From positions 78,300,017 through 78,364,016 of the forward strand of contig NC_068988.1 of assembly GCF_001194135.2 (NCBI RefSeq): 64,000 bases of DNA, read 5' to 3'. Shown piece by piece: positions 62,903-64,000 of the stretch (within the stretch, counting starts at the first letter, position 1; every line of letters begins with the position of its first letter). Origin of the DNA: Octopus bimaculoides (Eukaryota). The notes under the pieces were generated by a model that was not told the DNA's origin, did not search any database, and worked only from the letters and a program-made list of their open reading frames with translations. The position numbers were made by a program, and so were the translations under genes.

Positions 62903-63150
62903 CTGACTTCTGTGTATTTCAGTTTTGTCGTGCTTAAATATTTTTGACTTCATGCTATTTGTACGTTCTACCTACAATATTACTTTACTTGTTTTATTTA
63001 TTTTCTGCACTCCGTCTATTTAAATTGACTATTTAAATTTCTCCCTTTATCGAAAACCATTGTGTAATATTGCTTCACTTTTAATCTTTCACTTTTGTGT
63101 GTGTATGCATTCGAATGTGTATGAGATAGTAAAGGACATTTCAAACCTTG
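62260..63150 (+). repeat. Helitron-like element with two ~331-bp tandem units separated by (CT)n
   Basis: Units start CTGAAAA at 62565 and 62896 and share TTTTGTCGTGCTTAAATAT..GAGATAGTAAAGGACATTTCAA; diverged from one another. Confidence 0.6.
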
Positions 63151-63931
63151 GACGACGTCCCATATATGAGTGTGTATGTGTCTCTGAATATGAGTGTGTA
63201 TGTCTCTCTGACTCTGTGTTTCCACGTTAATGTTATTAAACACACACACACACACACACTCATCTAGATATACATACATAATTATCACAGTAATTGCAAG
63301 GTTGCAAGGTATTTACAATTTGCTTATATTTGGTTATTTTACACTGCACACACAATTATAGACACACTATATACATACAGCTTCTTACAAAAATAAAGAT
63401 TAATGTATATTTTCTTCTGTGTACATAATTTTTTGTTTAAAATATTGGAAAAAAAATATGCTACCACAGGAAAAACATAATCTCTCCAGAAACACCTATA
63501 AAGCAAGGAGGAGTACAGAAAACCGAAGGTGAGAGTCTCAAGAGAGAAGGGATATGAGACTTTCTCAACATCTCTAAGGACATCTCTAAATCCATATGAA
63601 GGATTCTAGAGCTTCCATAGCCTCCTCTTCCATGTTTGGTTTGAGTCTCAGCATCCTTCTAGCTTCAAGTCCAAAGTCACTATATTTATTTCAATATGGA
63701 TACAGGCATACCTGAGCTATACGAAGATTGTTTCCCAATCGCATGTTCTCTAGTTCATTCTCATTAGTGGTACCTTGGGAAAGAGTCTCCAATTATAGCT
63801 CTGGGCTAACTAAAATCTTGTGAGTTCATTTGTATGAAGGAAACTAAAGGAAGCTCATCATGTATGTGTGTATGTGTATATATATGCATGCTTGTATGTA
63901 TATACATGTGTGTGTATATGTATGTATGTGC

Positions 63932-64000
<69 letters not shown>

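Noticed and set aside
1-64000. CRISPR arrays, rRNA, genuine tRNA genes, prokaryotic systems
   Set aside because: None seen. tRNA-like boxes occur only as SINE or PLE-associated heads without a complete cloverleaf, and the repeated units lack a repeat-spacer organisation.

Overview
AT-rich eukaryotic DNA, almost entirely intronic and dense in dead transposable elements. The repeat repertoire (tRNA/CORE-type SINEs, RTE tails ending in (GAT)n, (TA)n/(CA)n microsatellites, many short N gaps) suggests an octopus-like cephalopod short-read assembly; this is inference. The only host gene I can support is a plus-strand plexin-domain-containing (PLXDC1/2, TEM7-like) gene. Six GT-AG exons (2275-2397, 20512-20571, 23306-23370, 26306-26399, 29345-29437, 31671-31813) splice in frame into about 193 aa: GFLYMSPFLHKWLTATQYIAPLMANFDTSIGKGSEIRILDTDSMFVVHWKNVHLHDQKSVKDDSFNFQVILLKNGTIKFVYKKLPISPHFISSQNHPVKIGLSDAYYIDKKGKSGIVRIIYEYHRVTIDKAKIQQRTVVILTPLPTCNLAEDCHTCFTQKSNFSCRWCSTLQRCSNGIDWHRQSWIANDCNSV. 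The start, transmembrane and stop exons were not found. The introns hold a near full-length degenerate Ty3/Gypsy element, HERO-like and two R4/Dong-like RLE LINE remnants, RTE fragments, mariner/Tc1/DD37D remnants, several MITEs, Helitron-like elements and two Penelope-derived foldback elements carrying minimal hammerhead ribozyme motifs. The most interesting signal is a minimal type I hammerhead (22257-22297, minus strand) whose core reads UUGAUAA, a compensatory U3-A8 pair, sitting at the centre of a 368-bp palindrome. All family names come from my recognition of motifs; no database search was run.
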